The notes: generated from the sequence alone by a model not told the origin. 64,000 nucleotides of DNA from an uncultured Bacteroidales bacterium (GCA_964349365.1 CAYGFY010000008.1:27070-91069); one strand, 5' to 3'. Positions 30,469 to 41,318 are shown, counted from the stretch's first letter. Numbers and translations: made by a program.

Positions 30469-31498
30469 TTTTTTTTTGAGTCTTTTCCCTTGAAAGTTAT
30501 CTGCTTTTTGTCGCACTTTTGGCTCAATTACAGCAAATTTGCAAGAGAACTTGGCAATAAATACGAGGTAGTGTACTGGGAATTGCCGACGCCCAATAAC
30601 ATTAACTAACAGAAAGCTGCAAAAACCATGGTAAAGGGGATATGAAGTGCATCGAAATTATTCATGAAGTCAGGCGGTTGATAGGTGTGTGAGTTTATGG
30701 GTTGGTGTGCTGACATGTATTTATGCTGACGTGCAGATTACTGATAACACTTTAATTCGAAAAATCTGTTCTGAATTTTGTAAATTTACATTTAATCAGG
30801 GAAAAACCAAACACCGACAGAGAATGTCAAAAGTGGTATAGCCACAATCTGGTTAGGGATATTGGATTGGTGGTGTATGGTACAGAGGGGATATAACCTT
30901 TATGGTTTTTCATTGCAGCAACCGGCGGTTTTACGGTTTCGAAGACCGAGGGTTATTGGAGGTGGTGACAGCATGCGTGCATGCCATACTGGTAACTTCT
31001 AATTTAGACATCCGGGGTTTTTTGGCAGCACCGTGGCAATGAGCGGCAACTACCATTAAAACACTTATTTGGTGATTATTCCGATGACAATGTCTATTAT
31101 AACTTGCCACTCTCGTACATGCCAAATATGGACAATAAGGGGTACTTCGATTGGTTTATAAAATCAAGAATTATAATTAGCACGGGTCAAGGGGCTTGGG
31201 AAGAAACTACGGTTGAGGACACCCGGAAATTGCAGGCAATTTCTAAAGACAAGAACATTCAAGCCTTCTTCGATTACCGGGATTATGATGTTTACCACGA
31301 TTTACCCTGGTGGTAAGTGCAAGTACCACAATTTTTTAGGATGTTTTTGAGGTAAGTCGGATAATTCAATTATCGAAGACCTCCCTGCATCGCAAATTTA
31401 AATTACCAACTGAAAGAGGCCTCCTTTTGTGCTACTCTTATGGTGTTTTAAAAAGTCTTGCTTGTGTAATACCATATACCAATGACTAAAGAACTTAC

Positions 31499-32761
31499 CT
31501 AAATAGAGTACCCGTTGGGTATGATTGCCCCTTTTTTTACTATTACTATGCCATCTCTAACCCAGTAAAGTTCATTTTCCGAATCCGGCAAGTGCTTCCC
31601 GCCATTTATCCTCACGTCGTCGCCAATGCAGGAGTTACGGTCAAGTATGCAGTTGTTAAGGTAACTTCGTTCGCCAACGCCCATTATTTCTTCGCCCAAC
31701 TTGCCCGACTTGATGTCTTCAAGGTTCTGGAAATAGTCGTTACCCATGAGGTATGAGTTTTCGATTGTAGTGCCCTTTCCAATCCTCGACCTGATTCCAA
31801 TAACTGAGCGTACTATTCGGCTTGCATTAATTATGCAGCCATCGGCAATAACTGTTTTTTCGAGGGTGGTGCCAGAAATTTTAGAAGGTGGTAGCATCCT
31901 GGCTCGCGTGAAAACGTATTTTGAACTATCAAAGAGATTGAACTTCGGAATTTCATCGGTTAGGCCAAGGTTGGCTTCCCAAAACGACTCAATTGTTCCA
32001 ATGTCAGTCCAGTAGCCACTGTAAGGATAACTTGTTACCTTGTATTTCTTTATGGCCTGCGGTATAATGCCCTTGCCAAAGTCGGTTGCCTCTTCCTTCA
32101 TAAGTTTTTCGAGCAAGTCGCGGTTGAAAACATAAATTCCCATGGAGGCCAAATAAACCCTCCCTTGACTTTTCAATTCCTCGCCAACTTCCGATACCCA
32201 TTGAGGCAAAACATCGTGGCCGGGTTTTTCTATGAATTCCAAGATACGGTTGTTGGTGTCGCTCTTCAAAATTCCGAATCCGGTGGCATCCTTAGCAGTA
32301 ACCGGCAAAGTTGCAATTGAAATAGCGGCCTTTGCCTTGGCGTGTGATTCGATCATCTCGTCAAAGTCCATTTGATAAAGTTGGTCGCCCGAGAGGATGA
32401 GGGCGTACTCGTACTCGTAAGTTTCGAAGTGGTGCATGCATTTTCTAACGGCATCGGCAGTGCCCTCGAACCAGTTCTTGTTGTGGGGCGTTTGCTCGGC
32501 AGCCAAGATATCTACAAAAGATTCGGAGAAATGCCCGAACTGGTAGGTGTTTTTCAGGTGCTTGTTGAGCGATGCCGAGTTGAATTGGGTTAGCACGAAA
32601 ATCCTATCAATACCCGAGTTAAGGCAGTTCGAAACAGGAATGTCAACGAGTCTGTACTTACCGCCTATTGGCACCGCAGGCTTCGATCGTTCAATTGTGA
32701 GCGGAGACAACCTGCTTCCTTGGCCACCTCCAAGAATAATTGCTAAGGTTTTCTTTTTCAT
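31499..32761 (-). CDS. glgC: Glucose-1-phosphate adenylyltransferase
   Basis: 420 aa. LGGGQGSRLSPLTIERSKPAVPIGGKYRLVDIPVSNCLNSG and a C-terminal left-handed beta-helix region. Confidence 0.92.
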   Translation of the reverse strand: MKKKTLAIILGGGQGSRLSPLTIERSKPAVPIGGKYRLVDIPVSNCLNSGIDRIFVLTQFNSASLNKHLKNTYQFGHFSESFVDILAAEQTPHNKNWFEGTADAVRKCMHHFETYEYEYALILSGDQLYQMDFDEMIESHAKAKAAISIATLPVTAKDATGFGILKSDTNNRILEFIEKPGHDVLPQWVSEVGEELKSQGRVYLASMGIYVFNRDLLEKLMKEEATDFGKGIIPQAIKKYKVTSYPYSGYWTDIGTIESFWEANLGLTDEIPKFNLFDSSKYVFTRARMLPPSKISGTTLEKTVIADGCIINASRIVRSVIGIRSRIGKGTTIENSYLMGNDYFQNLEDIKSGKLGEEIMGVGERSYLNNCILDRNSCIGDDVRINGGKHLPDSENELYWVRDGIVIVKKGAIIPNGYSI

Positions 32762-32769
32762 TGTTTAAA

Positions 32770-34182
32770 TTATTTGATGGTTTCGTAAAAATCAAGGTAT
32801 TCCCCGGCCGATTTTTCCCACGAGTGGTCAATATTCATTATAAGCCTCCTAACGTCCGAAAGTAATTTCTTGTCTTGGTAGAATTGCTTTGCCCTGTGCA
32901 CCGCGTGAAGGAGATCATCGGACGAAACATGGTCGTGGCAAAAACCGAAGCCACCTTCACTCATGTCAACCACGGTATCCTTAAGTCCTCCAGTCCGGCG
33001 AACAATCGGAATTGTCCCGTAGCGCAGCGCGTACATCTGGTTTAGCCCGCACGGCTCAACTTTTGAGGGCATTAGCAGAAAATCGGCCCCGGCATAAATC
33101 TCGTGCGCCAGCTTTTCGTTGTACCCAATGTAGCTACCGTAGTTTGCCTTGAAGGAGCTACCAATGCTATCGAGGCTGGTTTCTAGGCTTCCCTCGCCAG
33201 AGCCAAGTATTAAAATGTTTTGCTCACCAGGGTGGTTTGCCAAAGCCCTGAAAGCAAAATCAGGCAATATATCGGCACCTTTTTCAAGGGCAAGTCTTCC
33301 AATGAACGCAAACAGGGGTTTTTCGGAGTCAAGGTTAAAGGCGTTGCAAAGCCTCTTCTTGTTGGCAAGTTTTCCAAAATCAACATCCATTGCTGAATAA
33401 TTGGCTTCTAGCAATTTGTCGGTTGCGGGGTTCCAAACCTCGTTGTCGATTCCGTTCAATATTCCATGGCATTTCCAACCTTCTGTTACCAGCAAGCCTT
33501 CCAGTCCGCTCATGGTTTGGCGTATTTCGTCCATGTAACCGGGCGAAACGGTGGTTACTCTCCAAGCATTCTTTATTGCAGATGCCATGGGGTTTAATGA
33601 CCCGTTCCATTCAACCAAACCTTGAAAAAAGGAGTGGAAAGGCGGAAGATAATTTGATTTTTCCTTGCTAAACTGACCCTGGTACTCGCCATTGTGTATG
33701 GTGAAAACCGTTGGTGTACGGGCCAGATGGCGGTATTCCCACACTCTTGATAGCATGAATGGAATGAAGCCAGCATGCTGGTCGTGGCAATGGACTATGT
33801 CAATCTTTTTTTCCCAAGAGCAGAGCCAGTTAACCGTGGCAGTTTGAAAGGTAACGAACCTCTCGGTGTCATCGCGGTAAGAATAAATCTTATCTCTATC
33901 AAACAGGCCTGGAATATCAATCATGTAGAGGTTGAACCCCGGGTCAAAATCGGTGGCTATCAGCACGTTGAACGTGAAGGTTATCTCGCCAAGGCGGGCA
34001 TATCCCTTGAAAACGTTCTTGAACGATTGGGTCTCCCTGAACTTGTTGTGATAGAAGGGCATTATTACTGAAACGTCGTGACCTTGTTTTTGCTGATACT
34101 TTGGCAACGCCCCAACAACATCGGCAAGGCCTCCGGCCTTTGCCACCGGAAAGCACTCCGCACTGATATGAATTATCTCCAT
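32770..34182 (-). CDS. glgA: Glycogen synthase (GT5)
   Basis: MEIIHISAECFPVAKAGGLADVVGALP... and C-terminal PSKVEPCGLNQMYALRYGTIPIV. The start is placed at the ATG at 34182. Confidence 0.9.
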   Translation of the reverse strand: MEIIHISAECFPVAKAGGLADVVGALPKYQQKQGHDVSVIMPFYHNKFRETQSFKNVFKGYARLGEITFTFNVLIATDFDPGFNLYMIDIPGLFDRDKIYSYRDDTERFVTFQTATVNWLCSWEKKIDIVHCHDQHAGFIPFMLSRVWEYRHLARTPTVFTIHNGEYQGQFSKEKSNYLPPFHSFFQGLVEWNGSLNPMASAIKNAWRVTTVSPGYMDEIRQTMSGLEGLLVTEGWKCHGILNGIDNEVWNPATDKLLEANYSAMDVDFGKLANKKRLCNAFNLDSEKPLFAFIGRLALEKGADILPDFAFRALANHPGEQNILILGSGEGSLETSLDSIGSSFKANYGSYIGYNEKLAHEIYAGADFLLMPSKVEPCGLNQMYALRYGTIPIVRRTGGLKDTVVDMSEGGFGFCHDHVSSDDLLHAVHRAKQFYQDKKLLSDVRRLIMNIDHSWEKSAGEYLDFYETIK

Positions 34183-34439
34183 TGGTAAAATTTTGTTTTT
34201 CGCGAAATCGTTTGCAATGTACAAAAATAAAATTAACCATCTTTAGTAACATAATAAAAAAGCAATATTTCTTTGTTGCCCCGAAACATTTGCAATCGAA
34301 AAAATTTGCCCTTGTTGATTTCTGCAACCTTTCCTCGAAAATTTTCCAATAATGAATAAGTTTGTTGGTTTAGTTCCAATTTCTTTCTTCTTTTTTTCCC
34401 GGAAGGCGGGCTCAAATGTCAGCGCCAATGTTGCCGCAT

Positions 34440-34876
34440 AGGGATCGAGAAACACTGTTTACCACGCAAGTAACCCTGCAATTGCTTTTCTTGAAGAATT
34501 CAAGGAGTTTCAAAACCCCCGGCCCAAACCTCGTGCAAGATTTTCGGTAAAAGTTACGTTGATTGACAAGGATCTAATTGAACCATTTTTTGCCGCGGTG
34601 GTTTACACGGTTGCATTGGTCTGCAAAACGATGAATAGCAGCCTAATGCAGGCCATAATCTACCTCCCTAAAAGGATCTTTATAGAAACGGCGTTTGGCA
34701 GGGTGAAGGACACTTGCCAGATTAAACATACCCGACACAATTACTTCTGGAACTTCTTGACAAACATGACCGCAGCATTGACAGCCGATTCTTGGTGAGA
34801 AGTGAAACCTTCTTTGAAACTTGAAATCACTGATGATGGAAAGTTGAAGAAACTGGCCGCTCGGGACGAACTCGCG
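34440..34876 (+). mobile_element. Degenerate IS982-family relic
   Basis: Encodes ...IETAFGRVKDTCQIKHTRHNYFWNFLTNMTAALTADSW with stops. The DNA is colinear with the 3' third of the 16087-16575 element (cagattaaacatacccgacac... / ...gctcgggacgaactcgcg versus gcttgagtcgaactcacg). The left end is not recognisable. Confidence 0.6.
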
Positions 34877-35070
34877 AAAAAAAGAACCAAATGTTGCGAC
34901 TTGCCAAACAAAGGGGGTTTAGCATTGGACTGGAATTGCGGGACAAGGTGGCAATGACGAACCAAATTTGAACGGTAATTTCTCTCCTTTCCATGTTTTT
35001 GCCCTTTGCTCACAACCTTCTGAAATACTAAGCCGTGAGTTATGTAACTTTTTACAATATGTGCTAACCA

Positions 35071-35098
35071 AGCGCACCGGCCAAATTTCCGGTGCGCT
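35071..35098. terminator. Hairpin terminator downstream of hppA
   Basis: agcgcaccgg (35071-35080) pairs with ccggtgcgct (35089-35098). The T-rich run is on the plus side, so it may act in both directions. Confidence 0.6.
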
Positions 35099-35119
35099 TT
35101 CCTTTTTATAGACAAAATG

Positions 35120-37327
35120 CTACAATATACTATAAGCCACTGCAACCCCAACGGTAACAACCGAGGCCATGACCATTAGTTTTATCAAGATATTGAGGCT
35201 GGGGCCGGATGTATCCTTAAAGGGATCTCCAACGGTATCGCCAATGACGGCAGCCTTGTGGGCATCGGAGTTTTTTCCGCCGTGGTGTCCTTCTTCAATG
35301 TACTTTTTGGCATTGTCCCACGCGCCACCTGAATTGGCCATGAAAATAGCAAGGGCAAAACCAGAAGTAATTGTTCCTACCAAAAGTCCTGTTACCCCGG
35401 CCACGCCAAACACGAACCCAACTATTACCGGAATTAATAGTGCCACGAGAGAGGGAACCATCATCTCGCGTTGTGCACCCTTTGTTGAAATTTCAACGCA
35501 GCGGGCATAGTCAGGCTCAGCATTCCCTTCCAAAATGCCTTTTATTTCCCTGAACTGTCTGCGAACCTCGTCAACCATTTTTTGGGCAGCACGGCCAACC
35601 GCATTCATGGTCATTCCGCTAAACAGGAAAACTGCCATGACTCCCAGGAAAACCCCGGCGAGAACCTTTGGATTCATCAAGTGGATTTCGTAATGGTAAA
35701 TGAAGTCAATAAACTGGGCATCTTGGGCGTGTACTACACCATTCAAACCATTAATTGGTTCAAAAGGCCTGTCGAGGAACTTCACGAACATAATCTTAAT
35801 TTCTTCAAAATATGCTGCCAAAAGTGCCAAAGCGGTAAGAGCTGCAGAGCCAATGGCAAAACCTTTTCCTGTTGCTGCAGTAGTATTGCCGAGTTGGTCA
35901 AGCGCATCGGTGCGCTCGCGAACTTTTGGGTCGAGTTTTGACATTTCGGCGTTTCCCCCGGCGTTGTCGGCTATTGGCCCGTAAGCATCGGTAGCAAGGG
36001 TAATCCCTAAAGTTGAGAGCATACCCACCGCTGCAATTCCGATTCCGTAAAGGCCAATATTGAGATTTGAAACATCAAAAGTAAATCCAGCGGCAAAAAG
36101 GTAGGCAAGTGTTATTGCCACAACGACAATTGTCAGGGGTACTGCTGACGAAAACAAGCCTATTCCTAATCCCGAAATAATAAGCGTTGCGGGGCCTGTT
36201 TCGGCTGACTTGGCAATCTTTCGAGTAGGTTTGAATGCAGATGCCGTGAAATATTCTGTTGATTGGCCAATGCCAATTCCTGCCAACAAACCCACCACTA
36301 TTGACCCCCAAATGCCCAAGTAGTTCGGAATTTTGAGGTAGTATAATATTCCTAAAGATGCTATAATAATAAGCCCCGCACTAACATTTACCCCCAGGCC
36401 CAAAGAACCCAGCAATTGTTTCATGGTGGCACCCTCTTTGGTCCTAACCAAAAAGACGCCAATTATTGAGAGGAGAGTTCCAACAGCAGCAATAAGCATT
36501 GGGGCAATTACAGCACTAACTTGAAGTTCGGCGACACCTGCAAAGGCAGCGGCACCCAAAAGCGCGGTAGCAAGAATTGAGCCTGCAAATGATTCGAAAA
36601 GGTCGGCACCCATGCCTGCCACGTCTCCCACGTTGTCTCCCACGTTGTCGGCTATCGTTGCAGGATTGCGCGGGTCGTCTTCGGGTATGCCGGCTTCAAC
36701 CTTGCCTACAAGGTCGGCACCAACGTCGGCCGCCTTGGTGTAAATACCCCCGCCAACACGAGCAAACAAGGCTTGTGTTGATGCGCCCATGCCAAAAGTG
36801 AGCATTGTGGCTGTAATGGTAAGAAGCTTCATTCCTGCCGAAGCATCAGGAATGGCAAGGTTCAGAACAATAAACCACAAAGAAATATCGAGCAACACCA
36901 AGCCAACCACAACTAAACCCATTACGGCACCACTGCGGAAGGCCAACCTTAGCCCACCGTTGAGCGATTCGCGACATGCGTTTGCCACCCTGGCGGAAGC
37001 AAAGGTGGCAGCGCGCATACCAATAAAACCCGCCAACCCACTAAAAAAACCACCAGTAATAAAAGCAAATGGCACCCAATTGTTCTGGATGTTTAGCACG
37101 TAAGCCATTATGGCAAAAATAAAGGTGATAATCAAAAATACGACTATCACCACCTTGTACTGCTGCCTCAAGTAAGCATTGGCACCAACCCTTACGTGTT
37201 TGGCAATTTTTTTCATCATATCGGTGCCCTCGCTGTAACCAAGCATCTGCTTGTAAAAGAAATAAGCAAAGCCAAGAGCCACTAGTGAACTAATTGGCAC
37301 GAGCCAAAAAACCAAAGGTAAATTCAT
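35120..37327 (-). CDS. hppA: Membrane-bound ion-translocating pyrophosphatase
   Basis: 735 aa. GGGIYTKAADVGADLVGKVE, DNVGDNVGDVAGMGADLFES, GGAWDNAKKYIE, AAVIGDTVGDPFKDTSGPS. Confidence 0.95.
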   Translation of the reverse strand: MNLPLVFWLVPISSLVALGFAYFFYKQMLGYSEGTDMMKKIAKHVRVGANAYLRQQYKVVIVVFLIITFIFAIMAYVLNIQNNWVPFAFITGGFFSGLAGFIGMRAATFASARVANACRESLNGGLRLAFRSGAVMGLVVVGLVLLDISLWFIVLNLAIPDASAGMKLLTITATMLTFGMGASTQALFARVGGGIYTKAADVGADLVGKVEAGIPEDDPRNPATIADNVGDNVGDVAGMGADLFESFAGSILATALLGAAAFAGVAELQVSAVIAPMLIAAVGTLLSIIGVFLVRTKEGATMKQLLGSLGLGVNVSAGLIIIASLGILYYLKIPNYLGIWGSIVVGLLAGIGIGQSTEYFTASAFKPTRKIAKSAETGPATLIISGLGIGLFSSAVPLTIVVVAITLAYLFAAGFTFDVSNLNIGLYGIGIAAVGMLSTLGITLATDAYGPIADNAGGNAEMSKLDPKVRERTDALDQLGNTTAATGKGFAIGSAALTALALLAAYFEEIKIMFVKFLDRPFEPINGLNGVVHAQDAQFIDFIYHYEIHLMNPKVLAGVFLGVMAVFLFSGMTMNAVGRAAQKMVDEVRRQFREIKGILEGNAEPDYARCVEISTKGAQREMMVPSLVALLIPVIVGFVFGVAGVTGLLVGTITSGFALAIFMANSGGAWDNAKKYIEEGHHGGKNSDAHKAAVIGDTVGDPFKDTSGPSLNILIKLMVMASVVTVGVAVAYSIL

Positions 37328-37368
37328 GTTTGTGTTTTTTTGTTTGAGAAATGATTGATTGAGTGGTG

Positions 37369-37376
37369 CAAATTTA
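37369..37376 (-). promoter_or_regulatory. Bacteroidota -7 promoter box (TAnnTTTG) for hppA
   Basis: TAAATTTG on the minus strand, 42 nt upstream of the hppA ATG. Confidence 0.4.
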
Positions 37377-37662
37377 GAGTTTTATGTTAATTTTAATACG
37401 GTTATTTTATAAAATCCTCGCCTTGTAGTGTTTCTTATTTTTTCGGTCGTTCTAAGTAATTAACTTTCAGGCGTTTAAAAGGTGGTTTGATTTTAATCGT
37501 TGTTTTCTGCATCGGCGCTGTATTGGCTGTCTTGTTCTCGGGGTTTTAATTATTGCCTGTAAAAAAAACGTGAGCCATGAAGTTTTGCCTTTTGTAATAG
37601 GCTCCCGCAGGCTCTCAATTTCGAATTTTTTTCCCTTTTCGAGGTTTCAATTAGTTTTTTTG

Positions 37663-37670
37663 TAAATTTG
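37663..37670 (+). promoter_or_regulatory. Bacteroidota -7 promoter box (TAnnTTTG)
   Basis: TAAATTTG lies 62 nt upstream of the ATG at 37732. Confidence 0.35.
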
Positions 37671-37731
37671 TTTCCTGCAATGACGCATTAGCCGAAGAGG
37701 ATGGCCAAAGCCAGGGCCAATTAAAATTGAA

Positions 37732-38316
37732 ATGAACAAGATTGAACTAGAAATAATCGGAATCTCCTTCAGCCAGTCTCAATCAGGAGCTTATGCCTTG
37801 ATCCTAGGCGAAGTTGGCAAAAAACGACGCCTCCCAATCATTATCGGCAGTTACGAGGCACAGGCAATTGCAGTGGAGCTTGAAAAAATGAATCCCTCCA
37901 GACCACTTACCCATGACCTTTTCAAGAATTTTGCAACCACCTTCAGCATAAACCTGCTCGAAGTAATCATTTACAAGTTTAGCGAGGGAATTTTCTTTGC
38001 CAAGTTGGTATGTCGTGATGGCAGGAAACAGGTGGAGATTGACTCCCGAACATCTGATGCCGTGGCGCTCGCCATAAGGTTCAAATGCAAGATTTTTACC
38101 TACGAGGAAATATTGAAAGAGGCCGGAATGGTGCTTCAGGTTGAAAAGAAGTTTTCGCCAGATGATATTTTTAAAACCGAAATTGAAAAGGAAGAGGATG
38201 ACCTTATAGACCTTGATTTGGAGGAGCTTCAGGCATTGCTCAATGCGGCCATCAATGAAGAGGCATACGAAAAGGCCTCCCGGATAAGAGACGAAATTAA
38301 CCGAAGAAAGAAGTAA
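37732..38316 (+). CDS. Bifunctional nuclease family protein (DUF151) with C-terminal UVR motif
   Basis: 194 aa. RLPIIIGSYEAQAIA...RPLTHDL...DSRTSDAVALAIRF and a terminal EEAYEKASRIRDEI helix. Confidence 0.8.
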   Translation: MNKIELEIIGISFSQSQSGAYALILGEVGKKRRLPIIIGSYEAQAIAVELEKMNPSRPLTHDLFKNFATTFSINLLEVIIYKFSEGIFFAKLVCRDGRKQVEIDSRTSDAVALAIRFKCKIFTYEEILKEAGMVLQVEKKFSPDDIFKTEIEKEEDDLIDLDLEELQALLNAAINEEAYEKASRIRDEINRRKK

Positions 38317-38342
38317 ACAACCATAACTAAAACCAGCCTGAA

Positions 38343-39884
38343 ATGAAACTTGTTACCAAATTTATCGCAAACCTGTGTCTTGTCTTGTTGCTTGTGGCGT
38401 TAGGTGGCGGCGGCATACTTGCGCATGCCATTACTAGCCAACCGGTGGTGGAGCAAGCCGATACCCAAGAGTTGATTGGAAATGTTACCGAGTACCTTAC
38501 GGGCAAGGAAGCAGGTAATGATAAATTGTTGTCAGAAGAAGCAGAGGATGCGGCCGAAGTTACGGCAGAAGCACCTGTTTTCAAGCAGGGCTTTAGTCTC
38601 CGAGGGCTTTACAGAGGTTTGATTGGTATGATGTCACTTATTTTTATAGCCTGGATCTTTAGCACCAATCGTAAGGCCATTAACTGGAAGGTGGTAGGAA
38701 TTGGCCTGTTAATACAAGCAGTTTTGGCTTTTAGCATCTTGCAAATAGGGCCGGTTCAAGGCTTTTTCGAGTTTATAGGAAAGATTTTCGTTAAGATTCT
38801 AGATTTTTCAAAGGCAGGAACCGAGTTTCTTTTTGCCGGATTCTTGAACACCGAAACCTACGGCTTCATATTTGCTTTTCAGGTTTTGCCAACCATAATA
38901 TTCTTCTCGGCACTTACCAGCCTGCTATTTTACCTTGGCATTATTCAAAAGGTTGTTTACGTTTTGGCATTGCTTATGACCAAGGCAATGAAGATTTCTG
39001 GCGCCGAGAGTTTGTCGGTGGCTGGTAACATTTTCTTGGGTCAAACAGAGGCCCCGTTGATGATAAAGGCCTATCTCGAAAAAATGAACAAGTCAGAAAT
39101 TTTACTTGTAATGACTGGCGGAATGGCCACCATGGCCGGTGGAGTTTTGGCGGCCTACATAGCATTTTTGGGTGGCGACGACCCAGTGCAGAGGCTCATT
39201 TTTGCCAAGCACCTTTTGGCTGCATCAATAATGGCGGCACCCGGTGCCGTTGTTATTTCTAAAATTCTTGCACCCCAAACCGAAGAGATTAACCTCGACG
39301 TGGAGGTTTCGAAGGATAGAATTGGAAGCAACGTACTTGATTCAATCTCGAACGGAACAACCGAAGGCTTGAAACTGGCCGCCAACGTGGCAGCAATGCT
39401 ATTGGTTTTCATTGCATTCATTGCCATGTTTAACTTTGCCGCGGGCAAGATAGGCGACATTACCGGATTGAACGCCGGCATTGCCGAGTTTTCAAACGGA
39501 CAATACACCAGGCTATCCTTGCAATTTATTCTCGGGTATGCTTTTAGTCCGATCATGTGGCTGATAGGAATTAGCATACAGGACATTACCCTGGCAGGCA
39601 GGCTCCTGGGAGAGAAGGTTATCATGACAGAGTTCATAGGATACACCAGCTTGGCTCAATTGAAGGCTGCCGGTGCATTCGCGGACCCCAAGTCCATAAT
39701 TATGTCAACATACCTCCTTTGCGGATTTGCCAATTTTGCAAGCATAGGGATTCAAATCGGAGGTATAGGCTCGCTCGCCCCAGGACAAAGGGTTCAGCTT
39801 TCGAAGTTTGGCTTGAGGGCTCTGCTTGGCGGCACTCTTGCCGCGTTGATGAGTGCAACGATGGTTGGCGTGGTGCTGGGATAG
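38343..39884 (+). CDS. nupC: NupC/CNT family nucleoside transporter
   Basis: 513 aa. FSTNRKAINWKVV, GTEFLFG-like GTEFLFAGF, NIFLGQTEAPL, MTGGMATMAGGVLAAY, GFANFASIGI. It carries an ~80-aa N-terminal extension with its own hydrophobic segment. Confidence 0.88.
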   Translation: MKLVTKFIANLCLVLLLVALGGGGILAHAITSQPVVEQADTQELIGNVTEYLTGKEAGNDKLLSEEAEDAAEVTAEAPVFKQGFSLRGLYRGLIGMMSLIFIAWIFSTNRKAINWKVVGIGLLIQAVLAFSILQIGPVQGFFEFIGKIFVKILDFSKAGTEFLFAGFLNTETYGFIFAFQVLPTIIFFSALTSLLFYLGIIQKVVYVLALLMTKAMKISGAESLSVAGNIFLGQTEAPLMIKAYLEKMNKSEILLVMTGGMATMAGGVLAAYIAFLGGDDPVQRLIFAKHLLAASIMAAPGAVVISKILAPQTEEINLDVEVSKDRIGSNVLDSISNGTTEGLKLAANVAAMLLVFIAFIAMFNFAAGKIGDITGLNAGIAEFSNGQYTRLSLQFILGYAFSPIMWLIGISIQDITLAGRLLGEKVIMTEFIGYTSLAQLKAAGAFADPKSIIMSTYLLCGFANFASIGIQIGGIGSLAPGQRVQLSKFGLRALLGGTLAALMSATMVGVVLG

Positions 39885-39988
39885 GTTTAAAATTTATAGC
39901 CGAGCAATGTGCCCGAAATTACAAATTAGCCCACGGCTTAAACCGTGGGCTAATTGCAAAATTATTTTAATCATAGCTTTTTTTTTGA

Positions 39989-40780
39989 ATGAAACAGTAT
40001 CATCAATTACTCGAACATATTCTGGCCAACGGGGTTAGGAAGGACGACCGCACGGGTACCGGCACGTTGAGTGTTTTTGGATACCAAATGAGGTTCGACC
40101 TAGAAGAAGGATTTCCGCTGGTGACAACAAAAAAATTGCACCTTAAAAGCATAATTCACGAATTGCTGTGGTTCTTGAAGGGCGAAACCAATATCAAGTA
40201 CCTCAAAGATAACGGCGTAAGCATTTGGGACGAATGGGCGGACAAAAATGGTAATCTCGGGCCGGTTTACGGGGCTCAATGGCGGTCATGGAAGGCAAGC
40301 GGAAAAACCGTTGACCAAATCTCTCAATTAATCCACCAGATTAAATCAAATCCCGATTCGCGCAGGCTCATGGTTAGCTCTTGGAACGTAGGCGAAATTG
40401 ACCAAATGGCATTACCACCGTGCCACGTCCTGTTCCAATTTTGGGTTGCCAACCGACACTTGTCCTGCCAGTTGTACCAGAGAAGTGCCGATGTTTTCCT
40501 GGGCGTTCCGTTCAATATTGCATCTTACTCGTTGCTTACCCTGATGATAGCACAAGTTTGTGACCTCAAGCCCGGCGAGTTTATTCACACATTTGGCGAT
40601 GCCCACCTTTACCTTAACCATCTAGACCAAACCAGGGTGCAACTTAGCCGAGAGCCGCGAAAACTGCCTGTAATGAGTCTAAACTCAGAGGTGCGGAATA
40701 TTTTCGGATTTAAGTTTGAAGACTTTTCGTTGAAGGGCTACGACCCGCATCCGGCCATAAAAGCACCCGTGTCAGTTTAA
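39989..40780 (+). CDS. thyA: Thymidylate synthase
   Basis: 263 aa. [39 protein letters not shown]. Confidence 0.97.
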   Translation: MKQYHQLLEHILANGVRKDDRTGTGTLSVFGYQMRFDLEEGFPLVTTKKLHLKSIIHELLWFLKGETNIKYLKDNGVSIWDEWADKNGNLGPVYGAQWRSWKASGKTVDQISQLIHQIKSNPDSRRLMVSSWNVGEIDQMALPPCHVLFQFWVANRHLSCQLYQRSADVFLGVPFNIASYSLLTLMIAQVCDLKPGEFIHTFGDAHLYLNHLDQTRVQLSREPRKLPVMSLNSEVRNIFGFKFEDFSLKGYDPHPAIKAPVSV

Positions 40781-40808
40781 TTTCTTACCAAATCCAAACT
40801 CTCCAAAA

Positions 40809-41318
40809 ATGGAAACCCAGGAAGTTGACATCATAGTTGCATTGGCAAAGAAAAACGTTATTGGTTCAGGCAACAAATTAATTTGGCACCTACCTGCTGA
40901 CCTGAAGTACTTCAAGAGCGTGACCACGGGACACACGCTAATAATGGGTCGTAAAACGTACGCTTCAATAGGTAGGCCGCTCCCCGGAAGGAGAACCATC
41001 GTTGTAAGCAAAAACACAAATTTTGTAGGCGAGGGATTTGAGGTGGCAAGAAGCCTACGTGAGGCTTTTGAACTTGCAAAAGATTCAAAAAAGGTATTTG
41101 TTGTTGGCGGTGCCCAAATATACAAGCAAGCCATTGAAATGCCTGAAGTAAGCAGATTGCTGGTAACCCGAATAGAAGCTTCTTTTAAGGGGGACGTCTT
41201 TTTTCCAAAGATTGACAGACGCAAATGGAAATTAACTGACCAGATTGACCATAAGGCCGATGAAAAGAATCCCCACAACTTCAGTTTCTTGACATACCAG
41301 AGACGAAAGAAGGGCTGA
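40809..41318 (+). CDS. folA: Dihydrofolate reductase
   Basis: 169 aa. IVALAKKNVIGSGNKLIWHLPADLKYFK..T.GHTLIMGRKTY.SIGRPLPGR and VVGGAQIY. Confidence 0.95.
   Translation: METQEVDIIVALAKKNVIGSGNKLIWHLPADLKYFKSVTTGHTLIMGRKTYASIGRPLPGRRTIVVSKNTNFVGEGFEVARSLREAFELAKDSKKVFVVGGAQIYKQAIEMPEVSRLLVTRIEASFKGDVFFPKIDRRKWKLTDQIDHKADEKNPHNFSFLTYQRRKKG

Noticed and set aside
30931-31125. 64-aa Cys/His-rich ORF (MACTRVASYNRHCHRNNHQ...) in the ORF-poor region
   Set aside because: There is no promoter box, no signal or known motif, and the composition looks like chance. It cannot be supported as a gene.
34741-35160. 139-aa minus-strand ORF bridging the IS982 relic and the hppA 3' end
   Set aside because: It overlaps the hppA stop region, crosses the terminator hairpin and reads the IS relic antisense, so it is most likely spurious.
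37732-41318. Nuclease-NupC-ThyA-FolA group as a possible defence or nucleotide-depletion module
   Set aside because: All four are standard housekeeping nucleotide-salvage or folate genes with canonical motifs. Each has its own spacing and likely promoter, and no sensor or effector-type domain is present.
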